This document shows positions 18,955 to 28,657 of a stretch of 64,000 nt of DNA, piece after piece. Location: IMG/VR virus record IMGVR_UViG_3300037247_000961, positions 30,431 through 94,430 of that record; one strand, 5' to 3'. The stretch comes from a virus. Both the position numbers and the translations under genes were made by a program. How positions within the stretch are numbered: position 1 is the first letter of the stretch; every line of letters starts with the position of its first letter. Below the pieces are notes generated by a model that was not told where the DNA came from, searched no databases, and was given only the letters and a program-made list of their open reading frames with translations.

Positions 18955-19478
18955 TTCAATTTCCTCCACCAGAAGTCGTGGCCAGGCCATTCTTCTGAAA
19001 TCCATATGTAGTTGCCGCGCTGGCGCTTACGCCAGAGGCTCTCGGTACGGTTGTCCAGGATCACTGCGTCGCCATCGTCTAGATACACCAAGAGGACGCA
19101 ATGGTAAACTTGGCTCAACCCAATTTGGCAAATAGCCAGGCGCAACGCCCCGCGGGGGTAGCCCCGCGCCACAAGAGCTTGTAACTTATGGACGGCATAG
19201 TCGTCACAATCCCCAACACGGAATCCGTTGACCAATTTCCACGGCCCCCAGACGTCCTTGCCCGGGTCATCTGCCACATACATGGCAGACCGGTTGACTT
19301 GCTCAGTTACCTCGGCCAATGCCCACTTCAAATGGGATGAATTGGCCAACCCATCCGGGCGCACCTTCCACATTGAAAGATGTTGGTAGCGAGGCAGCTT
19401 CATCATTTCGCGATAACCTTTCGGCGCCCATGCGAAGATGGGCGTCGCGATGCCAATGGCCTGTGCTAACGATGGCAT
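18951..19478 (-). CDS. Transglutaminase-like cysteine protease (BTLCP/peptidase C93, LapG-like)
   Basis: VN....Y..D...DVW, GDCDDYA..K, HCVLLV, ILDN Cys-His-Asp triad. Confidence 0.85.
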   Translation of the reverse strand: MPSLAQAIGIATPIFAWAPKGYREMMKLPRYQHLSMWKVRPDGLANSSHLKWALAEVTEQVNRSAMYVADDPGKDVWGPWKLVNGFRVGDCDDYAVHKLQALVARGYPRGALRLAICQIGLSQVYHCVLLVYLDDGDAVILDNRTESLWRKRQRGNYIWISEEWPGHDFWWRKLK

Positions 19479-19544
19479 GATGTATTCCTATTCCCTAGCT
19501 ACTTTAGAAGTTTACACGTCCCACGGCTAGAACGCAAGCCTTAT

Positions 19545-20267
19545 TTAGCTCGCAGCCTTCCGCGTGTACTCGATCCAAGCCGCCCGGAGCCTCACGGCGT
19601 CGGTTCCATGTGCGCCGGGCACCAGGGATATGTTGAAATATCCTAAAGGCCCACCAGAGATGTCGGCGTTGGCTATCGTGACGATCAACTCCGCCGCTGT
19701 CACAGACAGCGCCGCCGTGGGGCCACCCATCTCCGTGTCGCCGGTCTTGTCGAAGACTTGCACGTCGACCGTCGGCGTGTCCGCCCCACCGCTCATGTCC
19801 ATAATGAGGTGGATCGTCACATCCACCGTCTCGTCAAGGTCGGGCGGCATGGGGAACGTCGGGAACTGTACCTCGTCCACGTTGCCGAGCGGCCAGTTGA
19901 CGACGAGGGCCTTGTCGGTGGCCAGATTAACCCGCTTCAAAGACGGCGTGGTGTCGGCTGCAAGTATGCCGCCCGAACCTTTGGCGGCGCCGTCGGCCGC
20001 GTCGCCGATTTCGTTAGCGGTATCCACTCCAATCTCTCGGAGGGATGTGATGTCGAGTGCTTGGAACCCCTTGCCAGCTATGAGCGTCCGAAGTTCCGCC
20101 ATGGTGAACTTCGCGCTCGTCCCACCATCATTGGTATAGCCCTCGTCGCCGTCGGTGAGCGTGGCGGAGGGGAGCGCAGACAGTTTCGTATCTACCGCGT
20201 AAAGGGGGTACGGCGCAGTCGCCACGAGGGCGAGCAGGAGCGCCGCAGTGCAGAGTCTCTTGAGCAT
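19545..20267 (-). CDS. fibre-associated beta-sandwich protein with an N-terminal signal peptide
   Basis: MLKRLCTAALLLALVATAPYPLYA-VDTKLSAL...; last gene of the tail-fibre cluster. Confidence 0.6.
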   Translation of the reverse strand: MLKRLCTAALLLALVATAPYPLYAVDTKLSALPSATLTDGDEGYTNDGGTSAKFTMAELRTLIAGKGFQALDITSLREIGVDTANEIGDAADGAAKGSGGILAADTTPSLKRVNLATDKALVVNWPLGNVDEVQFPTFPMPPDLDETVDVTIHLIMDMSGGADTPTVDVQVFDKTGDTEMGGPTAALSVTAAELIVTIANADISGGPLGYFNISLVPGAHGTDAVRLRAAWIEYTRKAAS

Positions 20268-20279
20268 TGGTCTCGTCTC

Positions 20280-21029
20280 CTAGTCTGAAGGTGAAGTTAT
20301 TGAATCTGTCACCGCGCCAGAACCACCTTCCATTGTGAAGTTCTGTGCGGTTCCTTTATTCGTCCCAGCGTTCCATACCGCAGCATCTCCTTGGAAAAAG
20401 ATAACTGGGCCAGTAGCTGTGGGTAATTCTCCATTGTTACCAAGAAATACCGGCTTCCCCGCAACGCTCCTGAATAGGAGGCGATTTGCTGCCATACTCA
20501 AGTCGATATATTGGTTGGGCGCGAACCAGAAGTCTGCAAGGTTTTCTTTTAAATTGTTCAGGTCAGTTCCCTCTTGCGAGCCCACAGCATGATTTGTTCG
20601 TTGAAAGATGATGTTATCATTCACATAAGTTGTCCACGTTGCATCACTGACGCCATCAACATACAAATGCCTTTTACCTGTATCAGTAAGGTCGAAACTG
20701 ATTATGAAATGGTGCCAAGATGTTGTATCAGTAATAGCTGTGGTAGTTTGTGCATCTATTCTACTTCCGCTAGAGACAACTCTTATTTGGTCACTCGACC
20801 AGCGTATTTCTAATCGTGCCCCTTGGTTGTGGTAGAATCTCCCAGCAGTCCCTGAAGCTGGCCTCCTAAACCAGAAGGAACAAGTAAACAATTTACCGTC
20901 GCCCATATTAGGGCCGGTGAGAGAGCCGTTGCTCTCTACCCTGTCTTGATCAAACTTCACGCCAGTCGTGATGTAACCTGCTGGCGCAGCCTCACGACTC
21001 ATGGCAACTCTAAGTGCTGATGCAAACAT
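20280..21029 (-). CDS. LamG/concanavalin A-like lectin domain protein (receptor-binding candidate)
   Basis: FTCSFWF, WHHFIISFD, HLYVDGV. Confidence 0.75.
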   Translation of the reverse strand: MFASALRVAMSREAAPAGYITTGVKFDQDRVESNGSLTGPNMGDGKLFTCSFWFRRPASGTAGRFYHNQGARLEIRWSSDQIRVVSSGSRIDAQTTTAITDTTSWHHFIISFDLTDTGKRHLYVDGVSDATWTTYVNDNIIFQRTNHAVGSQEGTDLNNLKENLADFWFAPNQYIDLSMAANRLLFRSVAGKPVFLGNNGELPTATGPVIFFQGDAAVWNAGTNKGTAQNFTMEGGSGAVTDSITSPSD

Positions 21030-21865
21030 TATGTGAAGTCCAATCCACCGAGGAAACCGTCCCAGGTACTACCGCCGTCAAGTGTGATGAAGGAAAGCCA
21101 GTCAACATCGTTCGCCCCCACACTCAATGACGGCACTATTCCTCCTGCCCATGCGACTTCCGCAGGGAATGTCGAGGTCCATCCTCCTGTTCCATCTTGG
21201 ACAACCCTCAAGGAGAAACTTCCTGCGCTACCACTCGCAGGAGGATTGCTAAAGACATAGGTAGTGTCCTCTGTAAGAGTAACATCAAACACATTACCAT
21301 TTTCAAGATCGAGTGTCAGCGTTCCTGCTACACTTGAAGGACTTGTAAAGGTCTCCCCGTAATCTTTCAACTCCGCCTGCGTAATCTTCTTGTCGACCCA
21401 GTCGAAGTTCCCGGTCGCCGGGACCGAGCCGTCCGCCTTGAGGGCGCCCGTCTCCAGCGCGTCGTCCGCGACTATGGTGATCTCTATGCCCCTCACGTGG
21501 ATCGTCTTGGTGGCACCAGATGCTATATCAACCGGTGGAGTCGCGCCCGTGACTGTATCAATCGTGGTCGCCTGGGTCGAGGCGTTCTCGAAGGCGACCC
21601 GTATGTTCCCGTCCGGCACGATGATGGTGGTCGCTGCGCCGGGCGAACCCGTCAGACGGATCAGACCGTTCTCCAAGTAAAGGTCGAGGTTCGCCTGGGG
21701 TGTGTCCAAGTTGAACGTGCCGCCCGCTCCGACGGCGAGGACCGAGGTCTTGTTTTGGGAATTGTCCAGCAACGCATCCAGGAGATTGGAGGTGACCTCC
21801 TTATCGTCCTGGCCCTCTGTGACTGTCCCGCCATCCGTATGCGCGCCTCTGTTTGGAAGTACCAT
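21029..21865 (-). CDS. tail fibre protein (paralogue 2)
   Basis: TLDLENGNVFDVTLTEDT..NPP...QDGTGGW...W.GG..P C-terminal module. Confidence 0.7.
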   Translation of the reverse strand: MVLPNRGAHTDGGTVTEGQDDKEVTSNLLDALLDNSQNKTSVLAVGAGGTFNLDTPQANLDLYLENGLIRLTGSPGAATTIIVPDGNIRVAFENASTQATTIDTVTGATPPVDIASGATKTIHVRGIEITIVADDALETGALKADGSVPATGNFDWVDKKITQAELKDYGETFTSPSSVAGTLTLDLENGNVFDVTLTEDTTYVFSNPPASGSAGSFSLRVVQDGTGGWTSTFPAEVAWAGGIVPSLSVGANDVDWLSFITLDGGSTWDGFLGGLDFT

Positions 21866-21874
21866 TATTTTTCC

Positions 21875-22777
21875 CTACTTCATATCAAGGCCAAGGACAA
21901 AAGCATCCCACGTCGTTCCGACATCTACAGTCACGAATGAATAGATATCCTTAGCATCCGGGTCCAACGTTTGACCTTCTGTGGAGGTTAATTCAAGAAG
22001 CAGCACACCAGTTCCATCTTCGAGTAACAAACTGTCCACTCCGTTCTCTAGCAGTAGCTTATCAGAGAATTTACCCCATGAAACGGAAGCGGGCCATGTA
22101 ATTGTCCAACCTCCTGTGCCATCTTGTTTCGCGAAGAGTGTGAAGGAACCAGAGCTACTTGGAGGATTACTAATAGTGAGCGTTGTTACGTCTTCCGTGA
22201 GGGTAACTTCAAATACATTTCCGAGAGATAAGTCTAGGACGAGTGTTCCACTCGAACTCGACGGCGCAGTTCTCGTAAGTGCTGTATCCTTAAACTCGGG
22301 TCGGGCGATCTGGAAATCGGCCAGGTCTATGTCGCCGGTCGGGTCCACCTGCCCGGAATGCAGGAGGGCTCCAACCTGAAGGCCCACGATGCCCAGGACC
22401 GTAAAGTCTGTGCCGCGCAATTGCAGCAGCACTGTCGTCCCCGACGTGACCGAGGGGGGTGATGCTGCCCCCGTGGCGCTCTCAATCGTCGCCGTCTGAC
22501 TGGTAGCGTTCTCGAACTCCATCTGCTTGTTGCCGTCGGCCATCTCTATCGTGAAGCCGGCCCCCGGTGTCCCGGTCAGGCGCACAAGCTGCGCGGCATA
22601 CCGCTGAGTGACGGTAAGGACGATGGTGCCCCCGGCCGTGCAGTCGACGTCAATGACGTCATTGTTGCTCCATCCAAGGAGTCTGTCGCGCACGTTCGAG
22701 ATGATCTCGCGCCACAGACCCGTCGCAGGCATATCGACCGCGCCATCTGGGTGGGGAGATAGGTTCGGGAGCCCCAT
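21875..22777 (-). CDS. tail fibre protein (paralogue 1)
   Basis: Same architecture as 21029-21865 plus an LLLENG/LLLEDG insert. Confidence 0.7.
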   Translation of the reverse strand: MGLPNLSPHPDGAVDMPATGLWREIISNVRDRLLGWSNNDVIDVDCTAGGTIVLTVTQRYAAQLVRLTGTPGAGFTIEMADGNKQMEFENATSQTATIESATGAASPPSVTSGTTVLLQLRGTDFTVLGIVGLQVGALLHSGQVDPTGDIDLADFQIARPEFKDTALTRTAPSSSSGTLVLDLSLGNVFEVTLTEDVTTLTISNPPSSSGSFTLFAKQDGTGGWTITWPASVSWGKFSDKLLLENGVDSLLLEDGTGVLLLELTSTEGQTLDPDAKDIYSFVTVDVGTTWDAFVLGLDMK

Positions 22778-22778
22778 T

Positions 22779-25700
22779 CTAGCCCCCGATCAACGTCTGT
22801 TCAATCGAGAAGCCCCGGCCAACTCCGCCCAGGCTGATGGGGTAAATCTTGAACGTGACCGTTGTCTGAGGTGATCCAAAGTCCACACTCTGATCTGCAT
22901 CGTCATAGAAAAATTGATGGCTTGCGCCGGTAACAACCGAGCCGTTTGCCGATGCCGTTGACGTGTAAGTGGCCAGGACCGTACCCCCAGGGCCGCTCAG
23001 TATATCGACCTCATAATCAAAGGTGCCAGGAGCAGCGAGTCCTTGTAGGTTGCGCCATCGTCCGTTAATGCGATTGCGCCACGTCCAGTTAACAGTCCAG
23101 TCGTTTGCGGTGATTGAACCATTTACATGTACGGGTGCCCATGTCCACTGGGACTTACCAAGCACCGTTCGAATCTTTCGCAGCGCCTCGCTCAATGACC
23201 CGCCTCGGGTGACGCCTTTGTAAAAGAACGGATCTCCCTGATCAGACAAGTCCATTGCTTTACGGATGAGCGTATCCGCGGAAATCACAATCACACGTTC
23301 CTCGGCGATGTGGTTATCTATCTCGCCTTCTGTGCCGCCTCGGCCGCGTAACAAGGTTGAAACAGTAAAGGAGCTATTCCCATTATCAACCGAGGTAACA
23401 TAGCACAAAAGCTCGTTTCCTACAAGCAAAAGTCCAGCACCGTCCAAGGCAAGAGCCTCGGTCGTTGATGGCAAAGTACCACGCGACATTGTGATAGTGA
23501 TTGATGTATCCCGGTCCCATACCCCAGGGTCTGCGTCAGCCGGGATAGTTGTCGTGAAGCCATGATCAACCGCACGGGAGCCAGGGATAAAGGCGAATGG
23601 CGCATAATCCATACCATCAAGGGATCGAAAGATTTCTTCACCTTTCCATCCAGTAGAATTATTGAACGGTCCACCGCCAACATACACCCCAAAGCCGTCA
23701 TCCTGGTCACGGAGCAATGAGATATCCAGGATAAAGAATTGAGACGCTGCAGTGTTGCTGATCGTCTGCCCCGGGATCTCGCCACTGAATCCAGTGGCCA
23801 CACTGACCAAGTCTCGCGGGTCATCTGCCGATCCTCGAATCTCAAGCACGTTGTTTGCGCCTTGGTCAATTTGCCCAATGACCATTTGATGTGAAAGGCC
23901 TTCAGCCTGGACCGTAATTACATCAGCCGGACTTAGCTTGAGCCATTTCTGGGATGTGCGGATTACGACTGGGAGTCGCTTGTTCCAAATCTGGTAAAGC
24001 AACGTCTCAAGTCTCTTGGCTGCATCGGTGTCCGAGATAAAAGTACCGGGGAAAGATAGGAACCGGCGTCGCCTGGAATTGGTTGTTGTCCTCGGCCACT
24101 TCGCGACTTGAATCTGGGCTTGATATTCCCGTTTTTCACCTGCCGATTCCATCTCAAGGACTTCAGGCAATTCAATTTCGCTGATAATTTCCTCAACTAA
24201 CTTGTCCACTTCAACCCGCACATCTCCATCATCCCCAGCAGCCAAATCATCCTCGGGGATGGTGGCAATGGAAGCTGTGCCCAATAGTGGAAACTTTATT
24301 TTGAAATCCTCGCTAATGGGATTGAAGAAGAAGAAACGTCGCAATGGGTCGATTGCTGTATTCGCTGCTACGCGCTGCGCTATAAGGTAACCGTGAAGTT
24401 GCTGCGTTAAGTTGGAAGTAACAAATTGGGGAAGCTTGAGGCCAATGCGCAAACAGATGAAGTCCACAATCTCCTTAACGGTGATAGGGTCGCCAGTCTT
24501 GCGGTCAAAGTACAACCAATGAATCTCAAGGCTTACGTCCTCTCGTTTCATCATGGCATTGCGGCTTTCGTCCATCATGCCACGATGAATCGCGCTACTT
24601 GGTAGGCCCCAATCACCGGCAGGTGACCATATTCGCGGTTCAGCCGACATGGAATGGACGTTGTATTCCTGGAAACCACCAAGCGTGGCCCCCACTTGGA
24701 TGTACATGGTCCCGTCGCTGTTTGGTCCATTCCAAAACACAGAATCGTTTTTGTCGCCACCGGCATAGGTGAACGAGTCATCCCTGGCATCAATAACATG
24801 ACTATCCAAACCCCAACGCACCATTCCATTAGTCACATTTCCAAGGATCAAGCTATTTGTGACAGGATCATATGTCATTAGGTCGAAGGTTTCACCTGTG
24901 ATTGTGTAAGTCTCAATCGGCTGACCTGAGCCAGGATTGATTCGGTTTAGTTCAGTGTCCGCTCCATTTTCAGCAGCCGTCCACAAAAAACGCTCACCAT
25001 CAACCACTATAGTATCTATATGCTTAAGCGGACTGTAGAAATTGATGCACCCTCCACCGCGCTCAAGCAAATTGTCTATTGCAAAGACCCCAGTTTCCGC
25101 CGTAGCACTAAGCGTATCACGTTGACAATAGATCATCTCCCCAATGAGATTACCCTCAGGCGACCTTATACCACCAAAAACACGGGCCTTAGACCAGTTG
25201 AGACTTCCCAAGATTTTAGCATCCGTGAATGGATCTCGAAGCTGCGCACTTTCTAGAAGTTGATTCAAAGTTTCCCCACTGACCTTTGTGATCCGCCCAC
25301 CCTTCTGTTCTGGATCACCAAAGCCATCTCGGATGCGATAGAAATTTCCTTCACCATCGACGCACGGGAACTGAGGCTCACCGCCTCCAAAGCCCCCTTT
25401 TTTCAAAATCTGTTGATTGGCATTGCTAATGCGTGTTTGTTCACTTGTAAGAAAGGACTGTTTACCGGGCTGCCATTCCCACTCACTGTTTCCACCAGGC
25501 GCACCGGTTAATGTGGTGATTGGAAGAATCTCGGTTGCCTTCATCGCAATGAGTACTGTGATCTGCGGAGGCAATCCCCCGGAATCATCCAACGGGTAGT
25601 TTTGGAAGAAGGCACCAACGATCCCACGATAAGCCGGCGTAGCATTTACACCCTTGTCAGCTTGCTCGGTCGGATCGGGAAGCTGCGTCTCTGTGCCAAG

Positions 25701-26258
25701 ATACAGGCGAATCGCATTAACACCTGGTGCACGTTCGAGTCGCGCTAAATCAATGATAGGTTCGGTCGTATTTGTTGCATCATAGATTAAAACACGATTC
25801 ATCCAAATCTTGAGGATTGCATCGGCAGGGCCTTCACAGAAATTGGCCCGGAATGAGCCGGTATAGGTATAGGAGCGAGACGTCTGGGTTGGGCCCATCT
25901 TGCCACCCAATTCCTCAGTGATCTCGTGTTCAACAAACCCCGGATAATAGGATATAATGCCGCCAACCACAAATTGGCCGAAACCAATTGGAATCGGGGT
26001 GCCATATGCAGCCACCATTCTTTTGTTGGGGTCTAGACGCGAGCCCACAATGTCGGGCAGTATTTGTGGAAACAGGATATTTCCTAACAGCGTTCCGCCT
26101 ATGAAACCTGCCTGTGCGCCGAACGCGGCTGCACCAAAAGGACCACCAATGGCGAATCCTATGGCAGCACCAGCCAGTCCCAGTCCCAATCGGCCAATAG
26201 TACTAGAGTCCCCAGACTCATCTGACCATATATCCCTGAGGACATTGAGGATATTCAT
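22779..26258 (-). CDS. central tail fibre / host-specificity protein (GTA gp15-like)
   Basis: YGTPIP..FG, LKIWMN, RLYLGTETQLPDP, PAYRG, LLRGRGGT, W.WRNR. Confidence 0.85.
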   Translation of the reverse strand: MNILNVLRDIWSDESGDSSTIGRLGLGLAGAAIGFAIGGPFGAAAFGAQAGFIGGTLLGNILFPQILPDIVGSRLDPNKRMVAAYGTPIPIGFGQFVVGGIISYYPGFVEHEITEELGGKMGPTQTSRSYTYTGSFRANFCEGPADAILKIWMNRVLIYDATNTTEPIIDLARLERAPGVNAIRLYLGTETQLPDPTEQADKGVNATPAYRGIVGAFFQNYPLDDSGGLPPQITVLIAMKATEILPITTLTGAPGGNSEWEWQPGKQSFLTSEQTRISNANQQILKKGGFGGGEPQFPCVDGEGNFYRIRDGFGDPEQKGGRITKVSGETLNQLLESAQLRDPFTDAKILGSLNWSKARVFGGIRSPEGNLIGEMIYCQRDTLSATAETGVFAIDNLLERGGGCINFYSPLKHIDTIVVDGERFLWTAAENGADTELNRINPGSGQPIETYTITGETFDLMTYDPVTNSLILGNVTNGMVRWGLDSHVIDARDDSFTYAGGDKNDSVFWNGPNSDGTMYIQVGATLGGFQEYNVHSMSAEPRIWSPAGDWGLPSSAIHRGMMDESRNAMMKREDVSLEIHWLYFDRKTGDPITVKEIVDFICLRIGLKLPQFVTSNLTQQLHGYLIAQRVAANTAIDPLRRFFFFNPISEDFKIKFPLLGTASIATIPEDDLAAGDDGDVRVEVDKLVEEIISEIELPEVLEMESAGEKREYQAQIQVAKWPRTTTNSRRRRFLSFPGTFISDTDAAKRLETLLYQIWNKRLPVVIRTSQKWLKLSPADVITVQAEGLSHQMVIGQIDQGANNVLEIRGSADDPRDLVSVATGFSGEIPGQTISNTAASQFFILDISLLRDQDDGFGVYVGGGPFNNSTGWKGEEIFRSLDGMDYAPFAFIPGSRAVDHGFTTTIPADADPGVWDRDTSITITMSRGTLPSTTEALALDGAGLLLVGNELLCYVTSVDNGNSSFTVSTLLRGRGGTEGEIDNHIAEERVIVISADTLIRKAMDLSDQGDPFFYKGVTRGGSLSEALRKIRTVLGKSQWTWAPVHVNGSITANDWTVNWTWRNRINGRWRNLQGLAAPGTFDYEVDILSGPGGTVLATYTSTASANGSVVTGASHQFFYDDADQSVDFGSPQTTVTFKIYPISLGGVGRGFSIEQTLIGG

Positions 26259-26692
26259 CGGTCCAAATCCTCAATGCGGAATGCCATCGTTGGAATCCAG
26301 CCAGCCGGGAGGCTGGTTTTCATCATTCTCCTAGCATCGCGATCAGCGTGGAAAAATTGCAAGGGCTTGAGGCTGGCAATGAGGGCAATGTGGTCTGGCC
26401 GACCATTGAGGCGGAACAGTAACATGTCGCCTGGGATGGCATCTTGCACCATAATAGGCACCATATGCTCTTGCATCGCATCGACCATCATGCGCGGAGT
26501 TAAGGGCCTTGGGAGCATAGCCAGTGGTGTTCCAAGCGCCACAAGTTCATTATATCCACCCATCTCACGTGCCACGCCGATAGGATAACCGATGCAGTTC
26601 GCACCTTCACGTGTCGAACCAACTTTGCGCCACGGCACCTCGTCATCAACCCATAATTGGGCAATGCGAAGAAATTCATTACGCGCCGGCAA
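26255..26692 (-). CDS. NlpC/P60 tail-tip peptidase (GTA gp14-like)
   Basis: PW...G....GANCIG, PGDMLLF, HIAL, FFHA. Confidence 0.8.
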   Translation of the reverse strand: MPARNEFLRIAQLWVDDEVPWRKVGSTREGANCIGYPIGVAREMGGYNELVALGTPLAMLPRPLTPRMMVDAMQEHMVPIMVQDAIPGDMLLFRLNGRPDHIALIASLKPLQFFHADRDARRMMKTSLPAGWIPTMAFRIEDLDR

Positions 26693-27785
26693 CGGGGGGT
26701 CTCACAATTTTGTTAGTGCCTGGCACGTGAGGCCAACCACGGTAATTGTTGATGTTGAAGAATCCTCCGCTACATCGGCCAATGCTCTTATCGCAGCCTG
26801 CGCTTAGGTTGAGATCTTCTCCAACTGTAATGGTGAAAGGTAAGGGCCGAGCAAAAAGGATTGTACCTGTGGCTAAATCCCAGTCTTTGACCGCGGATCG
26901 CAACGCGAGGTTAGTGTTGGGGCCATCGATAAACTTGGCAGTGCCCTCACGCAAATGAATGTCTGGGGCATCCGCCGCTGGGCTCATTGTGATTGTAATC
27001 TCACTCTGATCCACCACAGTCGCCACGGTCCCGACCAAACGGTTAGCGTGCATCGTGGTCCACTCAACGCCGCCCGTCTCCGTAGTCACGTTGCCAATGG
27101 TCAAATCCCACGTTGGCTCACTTGCATCGGTTGTACCTCCCTTGGTGCAACGAAAGATTCGATTCTTATCGGACGCACCTGTTGGACTTACATAATCTCC
27201 GATGCTGGCGTCGGCAGTATTAGTTTCGGTAACGGCCGTTGTTCCCTGCCAATTGGTTGGAACTTCAATCACCTTGCACTTACTATCGAATAGGTCTACA
27301 GGGCACTCCTCAACGACAATATCGCCAATCTCATTCAGGAATAATTCAAGCAGATCGCGGAATTCTGCAACAAACAAATTGTCGTGGATGCTGATACGTC
27401 CAAGGAAACCGGTTTGGAGTTTGATCTCTTTATGTGTGAGGTTTTTCCAATTGACTTGGAAAATCCATACCTGAGCAAAGTCGTAGCGCTCCGCGCGAAT
27501 ATCTTCCTTGGTGATAGTGGTGCTTTCAATGATGCCTTGGATTTCCATATTGCCGACTTTGAAATCGGCCGTACTCTCCAGGGCAGTGCGATTGAAGCCG
27601 GTATCTGACTTATAAATGAGCAAGCCGTCACTTTCACCATCGTCGACAAGGTCAAACGGCACATCAATATCAAGTGATGTGGCAGCAATGATAACACCAT
27701 CGGTGCGCTTGAGTTTCCAACACGTCGTCATCGACGTGGTGATCCCTTGCATGTGGGTATCAAGCGTCGAATCGATTACCTTCAT
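26679..27785 (-). CDS. baseplate hub protein (DUF2163/BR0599, GTA gp13-like) with an inserted domain
   Basis: CWKLKRTDG, C...LFD..C, AGCDKS...C...F.NINNYRGWPHVPG. Confidence 0.85.
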   Translation of the reverse strand: MKVIDSTLDTHMQGITTSMTTCWKLKRTDGVIIAATSLDIDVPFDLVDDGESDGLLIYKSDTGFNRTALESTADFKVGNMEIQGIIESTTITKEDIRAERYDFAQVWIFQVNWKNLTHKEIKLQTGFLGRISIHDNLFVAEFRDLLELFLNEIGDIVVEECPVDLFDSKCKVIEVPTNWQGTTAVTETNTADASIGDYVSPTGASDKNRIFRCTKGGTTDASEPTWDLTIGNVTTETGGVEWTTMHANRLVGTVATVVDQSEITITMSPAADAPDIHLREGTAKFIDGPNTNLALRSAVKDWDLATGTILFARPLPFTITVGEDLNLSAGCDKSIGRCSGGFFNINNYRGWPHVPGTNKIVRPPVAGA

Positions 27786-28657
27786 TGTTTTTCTTCCACG
27801 AGCGGGATATTTTGCCAGGAGCCCCGCCGGAACATGAGCAAGTTGAGTTTCAATTTGTCCGTATCGAATCGCATTGGAATATCGAACTCAAGGGCCACCT
27901 GAATATCGACACCCACGGCCGGCCAAAATCCGGCGAGCCATGTAATGATACCCGTGGTAAGATTGACGGTGTAATGTGTGTTTTCGGTCTGGACGACATT
28001 GTCCTTGAGCACAATAACGCGGCCACTGACAAGGTGTGTGATTGGACGGTCATAGTTGATACCACCATCACTGTACCGTTTGAAAATTGAATCTGTCTCA
28101 CGGAGCAACGTAATTGTGACGCTGGCTCCGGCACCCTCATTCACAATACCACTGGGCACTGTAATAGTGCCGGCCGATGTGGTACTGATTAGGAAAGTAC
28201 CATCGTTGCTTGCGCTCCCGGAAATCTCGATGTAGTCAGCCGCAAGGAATTTCTCTAGGTCGTTCCCGCTGTCCGAAATAGTGTCTGTCGCTGTAAATGA
28301 GATCGTCGAAGCCGTAAGTGTGATCGACGTGCCACCGGTTGCAACGGACTGATTATCTGTTGTGGGATTCTGCCAATCCCCGATCTTGAAGTCCGACCAA
28401 TCCTTGAATCGAAACGTGTGGGCTTTACCCTCGCGCGTGTAGAAAAAGGCCAAAAGGCTGTCGATGGTTGCCTCAAGGATGACACTGTCTTGATCCATCA
28501 GGCCATAGCCAATATCGAATTCAGCGCGTGTCCGCGCCCAATCAATATTGCGTTGCTCTTTACCTGAGCCCAACGGAGTAACAGTTGTTTTGAATCCTGG
28601 CCCGCCAAGCGCGCCGCGTTCTACGTCAACTGGAAGCCTGGTATCATGGAACGCCAT
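27782..28657 (-). CDS. distal tail protein (DUF2460/TIGR02217, GTA gp12-like) with an insertion
   Basis: MAFHDTRLP...GGPGFKT...SGKEQRN..W, FRFKDWSD, EFDIPMRFDTD. Confidence 0.88.
   Translation of the reverse strand: MAFHDTRLPVDVERGALGGPGFKTTVTPLGSGKEQRNIDWARTRAEFDIGYGLMDQDSVILEATIDSLLAFFYTREGKAHTFRFKDWSDFKIGDWQNPTTDNQSVATGGTSITLTASTISFTATDTISDSGNDLEKFLAADYIEISGSASNDGTFLISTTSAGTITVPSGIVNEGAGASVTITLLRETDSIFKRYSDGGINYDRPITHLVSGRVIVLKDNVVQTENTHYTVNLTTGIITWLAGFWPAVGVDIQVALEFDIPMRFDTDKLKLNLLMFRRGSWQNIPLVEEKQ

Noticed and set aside
26255-28657. Gene transfer agent cluster
   Set aside because: GTA-like tail-tip genes sit in a full phage genome with replication genes and a non-GTA head module
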